Notes under the pieces: model-generated
What the model was told of the DNA's origin: nothing
Databases searched by the model: none
The model's input: only the letters and a program-made list of their open reading frames with translations
Translations under genes and position numbers: made by a program
Shown here: positions 37,271 to 48,480 of the stretch, piece after piece
How positions within the stretch are numbered: the first letter of the stretch is position 1
How the letters are laid out: each line of letters starts with the position of its first letter
Source of the DNA: Octopus bimaculoides
Lineage: Eukaryota
Length of the DNA stretch: 64,000 nucleotides
Reading direction: 5' to 3'
Assembly: GCF_001194135.2 (NCBI RefSeq)
Contig: NC_068989.1
Location: 75,150,065 to 75,214,064, forward strand

Positions 37271-40039
37271 TCCAGTGACAGCAAGCAGTGGCTTGACAGA
37301 ATCATTTGAGCATTGAACAAAATGCCTTACAGTATTTCTTTTGGCTCTTTACATTCTGTGTTCTAATCCAACTTTGCTTTTCATCCCCCAGGGGCCGATA
37401 AAGTAAATAAAATAAAGTATCAGTGAAGTACTGGAATAAAATCGACTACCCTATAAATTCTGGTCTTTATTATTATTATGTATGTGTGTATGTATATGTT
37501 TGTGTGTGTGTGTGTTTGTTCCCATAACTTAGCGGTTCGGTAAAAGAGACCGATAGAGTAAGTACTAGGCTTACAAAGAATAAGTCCTGGGTTCGATTTG
37601 CTCGACTAATGACTGAAACAAGTAAAAGAGAGAAAAGAGAGTATATTGGTTTGAAATTTTGGCACTAGGCCAGCAATTTCAAGGAGTAGGTTCTTAATTA
37701 CATTGCCCTCTAGTATTCAACTGGTCCTTGTTTTATCCCCCCCCCCCCTCTGAAAGAACGAAAGGCAAAGTTGACCTTGGCGGCATTTGAACTCAGAACT
37801 ATATTATCTAATATGTCCTTTCCTTTAGCATGACAATTAGGTAATTTTAGTGAGATTTGGCTATTTTACATAATGAGCTCAGTGGGTAACTGTTATTGAA
37901 CAAGCACCCAATTTGGTTTCCATCTGTGATTGTAACCATTTTAGTCATGTTAGAAATATCTTCTGTAAAGGATGCAAGAAGTGATGCAATGTTATTTTCA
38001 TTCTTTCTTATAGATCTGAGGCCCTCTGCTAGAAATCAGTGTATTTGTTCCAGGAATCAATATATGTGTGACAGTAGTAATTATGATAACAATGTTTATC
38101 AGTAGCAATTTCGGCAACAGCTAAAAGGACAAATCAACATTGATAAGTCTTCTCATCTCAGTTTGCTGTTTAGCTACTTAAAAAAAACAAACAAACAAAC
38201 CAACTAACCAAAAGCAAAAATGTGCAATTTCATTTAGACCTGTAGAAACCATTATCTTCAGACAAAGATGTGTTGGTTACATTAGGAAAATTAAAAGATT
38301 TAATCTACCTGATAGAATTTTGTATAACTGATATTAATGCTGCACATTCTGGGTTAAAATTTGTGTGACTAAATCAGACAGACAGACTCATGAGATTTTG
38401 TAATCAGTATAAAAGAACTAATCCATAATATTCTGTATTTGTTGCTGCCTACATCTCTGCCTGACTTTTACTTGTTTCTGTCTGTCTGTCTCTTGTTTGT
38501 GTGAGCGAGTGTAAGTCAGTTTCTCGTTCCTCTAGTCCATACTCTGTTCAGCTGAGGGGAGTGGGTGGGTTCTTATCTTGCAGGTACTTGGTGATCTCAC
38601 TGGTGCCACGTAAAAGGCACCCAGTACACTATGTTCAGTGGTTGGTTTTAAGAAGGCATCCAGCTGTAGAAACCGTGCCAAAGCAGACATAGAACTTGGT
38701 CAAGCCCTCTGATTCGTCTGTTCTTATCAAACTGTTTAACCTATACCAGCATGGAAAAAAAGGCTGTTAAATGATGATGATATGTATTGGCAGTATGGCT
38801 AAGAAGTTCACTTTGAAACCATATGGTTTAGGGATTGTTCCTTCTGTGGACACTGTCAGTTGGTGTCTGCTACTATAACCATCAGTTGACCAATATTTAG
38901 CCCCAAGTCAACTATGAGAGAGCAGGCCTATAATCAAAGATATTTTAACTGTGGCCATCTCATCTTGTTTTTATTTGTGGTTTGTCATGTATGTACTTTT
39001 ACAGAGCTTATTGAACTTACTTGAATAATTCTTAATCAACATGTTGAAAGCACTGGTTCTCATTCAGTCACTAAAGTTAAACAATAATGAGATTAGTTAG
39101 TACTTAGTTGGGCAATTGTTTGAGACACCGAAGTATTGCATCATGTTTGTGTGTGTGTGGGACAATTGTGGATTTATTTCCTGAACCAGGTGACACACTG
39201 TGCCCCTGAGTAATGCACTTCATTTCACATTGCTCTAATCTACTCATGCCTAATGAGTAACAGCTGAGTGCTGGTGCTGGCCTCTTTCCTACCAGCTGTT
39301 ACATCCAGGGTGTTCCACTGGGTCATAAGTAAGGTGGTTGAGAAGAAGTCTGTGTCGGTTCATGACTACATAAACTAAGGTATTACCAAACTGTACATGT
39401 TTAGTTGTTGGTGTGTTACAGCTGGCTGTACTGCATGGTAGCTTGGGCAAGTGTCTTCTATTATAGTTCCAAGTTGACCAAAGCTTCGTGAGTGGATTTG
39501 GTACACAGAAACTGAAAAGTTGTTGTATATGTGATTGTTTGTTCCCATCACTGCTTGACAACGAGTGTTGACACAGGTGTGGCTGTGTGATTAATTAGAA
39601 GTTTACTTCCCAACTACCTGATTTCAGCTCAGTGCCACTGCATCTTACCTTGGGCAAGTGACTTCTGCTATGGCCTTGAACCAATCAAAGCCTTGTGATT
39701 GGATTTAGTAGACAGAAACCAAAAACCTGTTGCGCACACATGTGCGTATATAGGTGTGTGGCCTACTGGTTCAAGTGCTGCACTCACAATTGCTTGATCA
39801 TGGTTCAATTCCTGGATTGGTAGTGCATTGTTTTCTTGAGCAAAATGCTGCATTCCATGTTGTTCCAGTCCACTCAGCTGGAAATGGGTAACCCTGTGAT
39901 GGACTAGCATTCCATTCAGTGGGAATGTTGGCTTGCCTGCATAGCTAATAAGCGTGGCGTCATTCGAAAGCTAAAACAATGCAAAAAAGCACATTGTGTG
40001 TGACAGCATCCAATAGTCTGGTTGATACCTTGATATCTA

Positions 40040-40290
40040 TGTATGTGTGTATCCTTGTCTTGACATCATTTGTTGGTTGTAAGCAAGCATCACTGCCATA
40101 CAAGAGGTGTTCCATTTCCAGTTTTCCGTGAAAAAAAAAACATGTCTGACCAAGGGGAAATATTACTTTGTTTGGAAACCGGTGAAGGTTGGTATCAGGA
40201 AGGTGCATCCGACTATAGAAAAACTGTCTCAACAAATTCTGTCTGACCCATGCAAGCATAGAAATGTGGACATTAAAGTGATATGATGAT
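40040..40290 (+). mobile_element. SINE/LINE-tail family B
   Basis: CATGTCTG(G/A)CCA.GGGGAAATATTAC..TTGGAAAC..GGTTGG motif ending in (GAT)n. Other + copies: about 31350-31560, 34690-34850, 51290-51480, 56170-56325. Minus copies: about 43200-43390, 44880-45125, 53240-53480, 58335-58545. Confidence 0.7.
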
Positions 40291-40622
40291 TGTATGTGTG
40301 TGTGTGTGTGTATTGCATCAAAGCAGCCTGTTATGTTGCAATAATTATTGTTTTGCATGCTTCATAGCTTGTTGAGGTTTATAGTAGAATTTGAAGGCAG
40401 CGTAGGTAGGATTTTAAGTGCACCATTGGTTGTTATTGGTTGTTTTAACACTGTTTCTAATTTTTTGTATAGTTCTTATTTGATCAAACAATGAAATTTA
40501 AGTACACTGCACTTTTGAAGTACTCTCTGTCTCTCTCTCTCTCTCTCTCAACACAAACACGCACATTTAATTGCACTCAATTTGATAGTATATTTTTTTC
40601 ATTTTAATTCTCTTTTACACAG

Positions 40623-40703
40623 GCTACCTATGGCAACATCCCAGCTCCCAACAAGATGACATTTTTGATTGGAGTGTTACAGAATACAAGCGCCTCTGTA
40701 CCA
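40623..40703 (+). CDS. IPO5: Importin-5 coding exon 2, ATYGNIPAPNKMTFLIGVLQNTSASVP
   Basis: Polypyrimidine tract with TTACACAG| acceptor and CCA|GTAAGT donor; 81 nt, phase 0-0. Resembles IPO5 [23 protein letters not shown]. Confidence 0.93.
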
Positions 40704-42751
40704 GTAAGTTTTGTTATTTTGTTCTTTTTTTTATGAGACGAATCAGCTCTGAAGAATAGAAACCATTATAGTAGCATTAGGAAAAACATAGAGAGAAAGT
40801 CATATATCCATGGACTAGAGGCTTAGGTGCCTCCATTTGTGATTGAATGTCAATCAGGTGATCCATCTCTGGATGAGGTCCAGAATTTCTGCGTAGAGAA
40901 GCAGCATCATTCTAGATGTGGGGGCAGCACTCCACTGTGGACCTCACTTGAGTTTTATTGAATGTTAATTGCTGGTAAGGACTGAAATATTTTCTGGCCT
41001 TGAAGAGAAGTTAAACTTTGTGCAATACGAGAGTGCAAAGTCCAACACGTAACACTGTTGATACACATGTTTACTGTCACCGTCTTCATCTAAGTTCAGT
41101 AATCATTCACTCTCTCTAAGTTGTCTCTTCCATTCACCAATATCACTCCAATTTGCATTCTTGCAAAAAAACAATATTGATCACTTCTTAATTCATTACA
41201 ACTTCCCTTAAATCTATTCTGTTCTGCAGGTATGGGTGTGGGGTTAAGAAGTTAATTTCCTAATCACATGGTTTTTGGTTCAGACCCAATGTATGGCACT
41301 TTAGGCAAGTGTCTTCTACTATAACCATCGATTGACCAAAGCCTTGTGAGTGATTTTGGTAGTTGAAATTGAAAGAAGCCCCTTATGTATATGTATGTAT
41401 GTATGTGTTTGTTTGTTTGTGTGTGTGTATAATGGGTGAATGTGTTTGTATCCCCTTGTCTTGGCAAAGCTTGATAATTGCAAACAAGCATCCCTGTTAT
41501 ACAAGTAGTGTCTTTTGTTTTTAGTCTGTGGAAACATGTCCAGCTGTTATATAAAATGTACCTTGTTGAAATATTTATTGTTACATCTAAATTCCCTTCT
41601 TTTGGGATTATTTACCTCAGGCCTAGGATATAAGGGCTCATGGCCTTTATTTTAAAAAGAATAGAGAATATTTTGAGAAAGGTTTGGTTTTTATGTCGAA
41701 TGGGTTGAGCTTATATTATAGAAGCTCCTTTACTAGGTCAGGTTAATAATTATTAATTGGTAAGCTATTACTGATGCTAACTAGAAATACAAATATGCAG
41801 GGAAGAAGAGACAAAAAACAGTGTTAATAAAAGGTTTTAAAAAATTTTTCTGGTGAGTACATATATATTTCAGTCTTCAGCAAAGTATATTTAGTTCTGA
41901 AAGTTGCAGGGATGTAAACACACCAACACCAGTTGTCAAGTGGTGGCAGGGGACAAACTCAGGCACAAAACCACATGCATTTACATACACATACACACAT
42001 GATGGGCTTTCAGTTTCTATCTACCAAATCCATTCACAAGGCTTTGGTCAGCTTGAGGCTATAGTGAAAGACATTTGCCCAAGGTGCCATGTGTTTGGAC
42101 TGAACCCGGAACCATATGGTTTGGAAACAAGCTTCTTAACCACACAGCAATGCCTGTGTCTAAATACAAAAAGAAATTGCTTTGTTTACCATTTAGCCCT
42201 TCTGTTGACATATTTCTGCTGAAATACACTACTTCAATTAATTTTAAAAATATTAAGCTGTATCGTATAACCAAAGGCAGTATCAAATGGGTTAGTATGA
42301 AATGGTTTAAGTACAAATTTGTATATCTGGCAAACTATTGCATTACTGAGTAAATCCGAACTAGTGATTTTAACAAAATCTCTTAATCATAGATAAGAAT
42401 CTACATTAAGTGCATGGGATTTAATTCCATTATGTTGTTCATTGTCTGTTAGTGTTGTTAAAAATATTTAGTACTCCTTAAGATTATTACATTTAATATT
42501 TAGCTTTTCAAATTGCTTTATATCAAAAATACTTAGTGCTCCTTAAGATTATTACACTTAATATTTAAATTTTAAAATTGCTTTATATCATTTTGTTTCA
42601 ATTGTAAAGTAACTAAACAGGTTGAGTTTATTTTATAGAAGCTAAGATGACATAAGTTGTGTGTGTGTGAGTGAGGGAAAGAAGGAAGGACACTTAAGGT
42701 AAATTTTTGAGACCTTTAACAACAGATCTTTTTTTCTGTTCTTCTTTCCAG
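40704..42751 (+). other. IPO5: IPO5 intron 2 (2,048 bp)
   Basis: GTAAGT..TTCCAG, phase 0. Confidence 0.92.
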
Positions 42752-42944
42752 AATCGCTCTTTGGCAGCTGTATTATTGCGGAAGCTCTTCACATCCAAAT
42801 TTGACGATGCCTGGGGCAGCTTAGTGCCTGACTCTCAAATTGCTATCAAAACGTATCTTATGAATATTATCCACCAAGAAGAAAATCCTATTGTGCGCCG
42901 GAAAGTATGTGATGCCATTGCTGAACTTGCACGAAACATGTTGG
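42752..42944 (+). CDS. IPO5: Importin-5 coding exon 3, NRSLAAVLLRKLFTSKFDDAWGSLVPDSQIAIKTYLMNIIHQEENPIVRRKVCDAIAELARNML(G)
   Basis: CTTCTTTCCAG| acceptor and TTGG|GTAAGA donor; 193 nt, phase 0-1. Carries the AAVLLR and RKKVCD..AELARN HEAT-repeat motifs of IPO5; overlaps ORF 42707..42982. Confidence 0.96.
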
Positions 42945-43821
42945 GTAAGAGACGCATTTTACTTCTTCGTTTCATTTCCTGAAAGTTGGGTGTGAAATTA
43001 TGTGAAAACTGCCTTCAAAGGTGCTTTTATTCTATGGGCATTTTGTTACAAAATAGTTTGGTTCCTCTGAAGTAAAATGACTGGCAAATTTTGTCTGTCT
43101 GTAGATGATTACCTGGCATTTCTAATTCTGGTATCTTAGTCATTATCATTGTCCTAATTTCTACATGGATCAAATGGAATTTGTTGAGGTAAAGCTGGGT
43201 GCTCTTTCTGTTGGCAATACTCATTTGTTTCCAAGCAAGATAATATTATTTCCCTATAGCCAGACATGTTTTTTATGGAAACTTGGAAATGAACAGAACT
43301 GCCTGAATGTTAGTGATATTTGTTTTACAACCATCATACATTGTCGCAACAAGGAAACGCTCTTTTACACACACATGACTGGCGTCTTTCCATTTCTGTC
43401 TAAATTTGCTCACAAGGCTTTGATTCACTTAGAGCTGTAATTAAATAGATGATCACTAAAAAAGAAGCCTGTCATCCACACACACACACACACACAGGTG
43501 CATGGTAAGATCAGTTGAAAGGATCTATGATACTGTATAGTTTGATTAATACATATATATGTATATGAGTGATGATGACTACATTTTTCAGTGTGTCCCT
43601 TTCAAAATACGAGTACTCACCATTTAGAGACCCCACTAACGTCAGTGGAACTCTAAAAGTTTTGATTCACCCGTAGCATTTTGAAGATACCATACACAAT
43701 GTATTTTCAAAGGCTTACACAAGACTCCTTCCTTCTCAGAACCTGGAAATATGTCTTGCTTTTTAATGAGAGAAAGTATATTCAGCCTCCTAGCCTGCTA
43801 GAAATAGCAGCCAAATCACTT

Positions 43822-44048
43822 TTAACCCTTTAGCATTTAAACTGGCCATATCCAGGCCAGATATTCTACCTGATTATGTTCAAACTGACCAAATTGATCC
43901 TCTAGCACCTACTCTATAATGTCATTGTAAAAATAAACAATCACATTATTGAAATCTCAAAGCTATGAGGTAATGCACGATTAATTCAAAACAATATGAA
44001 TAAATAAACACTACATTTGACAAAATGATCTGAATGCTAAAGGATTAA
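43822..44048. mobile_element. piggyBac-type MITE
   Basis: TTAA|CCCTTTAGCATT..GAATGCTAAAGGA|TTAA. Partial copies lie at about 50067-50165 and 59690-59819. Confidence 0.8.
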
Positions 44049-46061
44049 TCTAAGAACCATTTTAAATACATATGGTGCTAAAGATATTCATTAAAATGTT
44101 TATTCAGAAAAATTCCATATAGATGTGGCCATGGCTCTGTGATTCGAGAGTTCACTTTGCAACCATGTGGTTTCAGGTCCAGTCTCAAGCAGACCAATTC
44201 CTTATGAGTGAAGTCAGTAGATGGAAACCGTAGAAGCCTGCTGTATATGTGTATATATCATCATCATTTAACGTCCGCTTTCCACTATATTCTAGAGGTG
44301 GTTGGCGTTAGGAAGGGCATCCAGCTGTAGAAACATTGTCAGATCAGATTAGAGCCTGGTGCAGCCACTGGCTTTCCAGACCTCAGTCAAACTGTCCAAC
44401 CCATGCTAGCATGGGAAACGGAGGTTAAATGACGGTGGCAACAATGATGATGTTGATGATGATGATTGCCCACAGCTAGATTTTAATTTAGAGGCCCAGA
44501 ATGAACATTACATACATTCTATCTACCATGTTAACGATTTTAGCAAATATCCCCCTAGAGAAAGTCTGTATTCTGTGTACTGCTATCTGGGTCATAAGTA
44601 TGGAAAATTCATGTAATCCCTTGTCATCAGAAATATTTCTGAATGATTTACATGAAATGATATTTATGCTTTGGTGCATTGGCATAAAAACTGTTAAGTA
44701 ATGAGTCATATATATATATTGTTGAGTTGACAATTCTGCTGGGACTACTCCCTCCTCTCTATGCCAACTGCGAGAAGGGATTTTGCATAATGCCAAGACA
44801 AAAATTTATGCAGGATGTCATAACAATGGTTAACTCTGTCACAGTGACATCAGCTAGGTTCGCTGACCATCATCATCATCATATTATCAATCACTGTCAA
44901 CATTTTAATGTTCACTTTTCCATTCTTGCATGGGTCGACAGGGGATTTATTGAGGCAGATTTTTCTGCAGCTGTATGACCTTCCTGTCACCAATGCCTAC
45001 ATGTTTCCAAGTAAGCTAATATTTTTCCATGGCCAGACATGTTTTCACAGGATATTGGAAATGCATGACACTTAGTTATGACTGACACTCATTTACAACT
45101 ATCATATAATGTCAAGACAAGAAGACACAAACATCTGCATACTCTCTCACATACACATTTTTACATATACAAAAAAACTTGAAACCATGTGGTTGGGAAG
45201 CAAACTTTATCACACAGCCATGCCTGCATCTATGATGGAAACAGTTTTTCAAAGACAAAACATAATGGGTGTAATACAGTTTAAATCTATGACCATGTTA
45301 GCCAGTGAGCCAGAAAATAATTATTCAGAGACAGTGGATTTCTGTTGGTTTTGATGATGGAGATTCTATTGTTTGATCAACTGAATTATTTGGTTGTTGA
45401 ACTAGCACCTAAGTGGTCGAGTATTCCACAGTAACATGTGTGTCATTAGCATAATCTTCCGGTAGAGTTAGCATAACACTGTATGACAAGGCTGACATTA
45501 ACAGTCTTCCATAGTTTCCATCAACTTAGTTTCACTGACAAGGCTTTGATCTGCATGAGGCTTTGCTGTCTTGCAATAGGCTCAAACTTGGTACCGTGTG
45601 ATTGCAACTTTAGTGAGTGGATGAGAACCAGTATTTTCAGCTTGATATAGCCATGTTGTCATGAGAAATTGTGGAAAGTTACAATGATACCTGAAGCAAA
45701 TATATTGACCAGAGGCACCTGTGTTTACTGAAGCCTGTTGTGCATTATTGATAATAATTTTACATATAAATTTATAATAAATAGATGAATAGAAAATAAT
45801 TGACATACCTGTAATGCCTTCTCTCATGCCCTTCTTTCTCTGTTTGATGTGTTTAAACAGGAGATAACAAATCCTCTTGGTCCCCCAAAACAAATAAAAT
45901 AAGCAAATGCAGTATAGAGTGACGCATGTCACGAAACTCGAACTGTTTCCAAGCATAGTAGAATTTCCCCATTGCCAGGCATTTTTTTTTTTTTTTTCCA
46001 GAATATTAGAGATGAACGACAACACTGTTTATATAATGGTAACTTTCATTTACAACTACTA

Positions 46062-46440
46062 TGGCACTCCGTCGGTTATGACGACGAGGGTTCCAGTTGA
46101 TCCGATCAACGGAACAGCCTGCTCATGAAATTAACGTGCAAGTGGCTGAGCACTCCACAGACACGTGTACCCTTAATGTAGTTCTCGGGGAGATTCAGCG
46201 TGACACAGACTGTGACAAGGCTGACCCTTTGAATTACAGGCACAACAGAAACAGGAAGTAAGAGTGAGAGAAAGTTGTGGTGAAAGAGTACAGCAGGGTT
46301 CGCCACCTTCCCCTGCCTGAGCCTCGTGGAGCTTTAGGTGTTTTTGCTCAAACACTCACAACACCTGGTCTGGGAATCGAAACCGCAATCCTATGACCGT
46401 GAGTCCGCTGCCCTAACCACTGTGCCATTGCGCCTCCACA
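46062..46440 (-). mobile_element. tRNA-derived SINE (third family)
   Basis: Minus-strand head GGAGGCGCAATGGCACAGTGGTTAGG..GGTTTCGATTCCC with A and B boxes. Related sequence occurs at about 19085-19140. Confidence 0.75.
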
Positions 46441-47134
46441 TTTACAACTATCATGCTATATCAAGACAAGGTGACACAAACACAGATTTATGCATGCAAT
46501 CGCATGCTTCCCAACCACGTTTCCTGGTTCCATGGGCGTGGCACGTTGGTCTAGTGTCTCTTACTATGGATCCAGACCCAACCAAAGTATTGCAAGTGGA
46601 CTTGGTTGATGGAAACCAGAAGGAGTCTTTTTGTATGTATGTGTCTGTATGTATATATTGTCGTCATCAGCTTTATCTTGTATCTGAGGATTTAGTTTCT
46701 TCTTTGCTGAGTGTTTCCTTTATGGTGATGGCGTTGGTGATTCTGTAGACCAGTTCTTGCATAAAAGAGTTGATGACATTGGCTGCTTGGTGGAGGATGA
46801 GGTTGATTTTGTTGTGCCTTTCTCTCTTGTCATTTGATTTCTTTCTTTTCTCTTCTGGTAGTTTTGAAGTTTTTAGTATCAATAGAGATGGAACACCACC
46901 ACTTGGTACAGTCTTAGGCTTGTGTTTCAAACTACCAAATTCAATTTCAGGGCTTTGGCTACCCTGGAATTGTAATAGAAGACACTCGACTAAGGTACTA
47001 CACTAGTGGGATGGAACCTAAAACCATGTGGATGGGAAGCAAATTTCTTAACTGCACTGCTACACCTGTGTTTATAATGTGTGTGTATATGTATGTATAT
47101 ATATGTGTGTGTGTATATATATGTATAAAAAAAA

Positions 47135-47400
47135 TGTGCATGGCTCAGTGGTTAGAGAATTAGGCTCACAATCATGAGGTAGTGAGTTCGATTCTTGGAC
47201 TGGGCCGTGTGTTGTGTTCTTGAGCAAGACACTTTATTTTACGTTGCTCCAGTTCACTCAGCTGTAGAAATGAGTTGCGACATTACTGGTGCCAAGCTGT
47301 ATCGGCCTTTGCCTTTCCCTTGGATAACATCAGTGGCCAGAAGAGCAGAGGTTGGTATGCATGGACAACTGCTGGTCTTCCATGAAGAATCAAGCGTGGA
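47135..47400 (+). mobile_element. tRNA-derived SINE with a V-domain-like segment
   Basis: TGGCTCAGTGGTTAGAG..GAGTTCGATTC head followed by GTGTTGTGTTCTTGAGCAAGACACT. Relatives lie at about 39760-39970 and 58770-58830. Confidence 0.65.
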
Positions 47401-47914
47401 CTTTCACTTCTCTTGACACAATATGAGCAAAAAGGGTGATGTTAGGTTTATCTTTGCTATAACCAATTCATCCTGTGGTTGTGTGTCTTGGGAGGAGGCC
47501 ATGTGAAGTAATTAATCCCTAACTTGAAAAACAGGCATGGGTTGGAGACATGAAGAGCACTAATTTTGGCCAAATTCATGCCAATATGAAAAATTGGACA
47601 TACAACAAATCAAGATGAACATAATACTGCTGTATTATTTTACCTCATTGTTTCCACCTAACTCCTACATCAGCTAAAATTGGGTTAATGTAAGGTCAAA
47701 GGTCATCCAGCTATGACTTTCATTTTAAAGGTGGGTATCTAGGATTATGTTATCTCTTTTTAAAACCGGAAGTTGTGATTGAAGAGAGTTGGCTGCTGTT
47801 TCTAGCATGTCACTGGACCATGTTAAGGCTCCCTCATTGGCTGGTCTTTTTATGTAGTTAGATTATTTGCAGCATTTAGATTATTTATCACGACCTCCTC
47901 CAAGTTAATTGAAC

Positions 47915-48480
47915 TTAAATCGCTCAAATATCAATCAAAAACGTTGATATCTTCAAATATCTTGGATCACACATAGTAGACTCCTAAAAGGTCTTTTACA
48001 TCTGCAAAGCTCTTGCTTGGGATGCATGTAACAACTTGATAAGATCTGGCACTTGAACCTTCCACCCATGTTAAAAGTTAAAATATTTAGACCTGGACCT
48101 TATCGACTCTCTTGGAAAAACAACTAGGTGGAACATATCCCAACCTGCTCAGAAAGATACAGAACATCAGTTGGAGGTCACACCCAACACTTAGTAACAT
48201 CTATGGACATCTGATACCAATATCCCTCAAGCTAAAGCAGAAATGGCTACCTTTTGCTGGCCACTGTCATCAAGCAGAGAAAGAGGTTATCTCATCCCTG
48301 TGCTATGGCATCCCTCTGGAAGTGGTTTCTCCAGGAAACTGACATTTCCAGATACTATAACTCAGGACTTGGGGCTGGATATTAGAGATCTGAACACAGC
48401 AATGCAGGACTGTGCAGTGTGGAAGGGGATTGTCAATGGAGTTCCGACCAACTATAGGTTGGTTGAAGGATGGCGATGAT
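47915..48480 (+). mobile_element. RTE-X-like LINE 3' end
   Basis: FKYLGSHI..KALAWDAC; LEKQLGGTYPNLLRKIQNISW..IYG..LPFAGHC; LTFPDTITQDLGL..AMQDCAVWKGIV; ends in GATGAT. Confidence 0.75.

Larger units (their letters stand above)
7902..40622 (+). other. IPO5: IPO5 intron 1 (32,721 bp including five N gaps)
   Basis: GT..AG between exons 1 and 2. The peptide is collinear across the junction, so no missing coding exon is required. Confidence 0.88.

Noticed and set aside
37990-38080. Strong polypyrimidine-AG in intron 1 followed by ATC TGA (possible poison exon)
   Set aside because: There is no convincing downstream donor, and such acceptors occur by chance in 32 kb.
40742-40775. CTGAAGA-ATA-GAAAC..GTA just after exon 2
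   Set aside because: Neither helix I nor helix II can form; likely chance.
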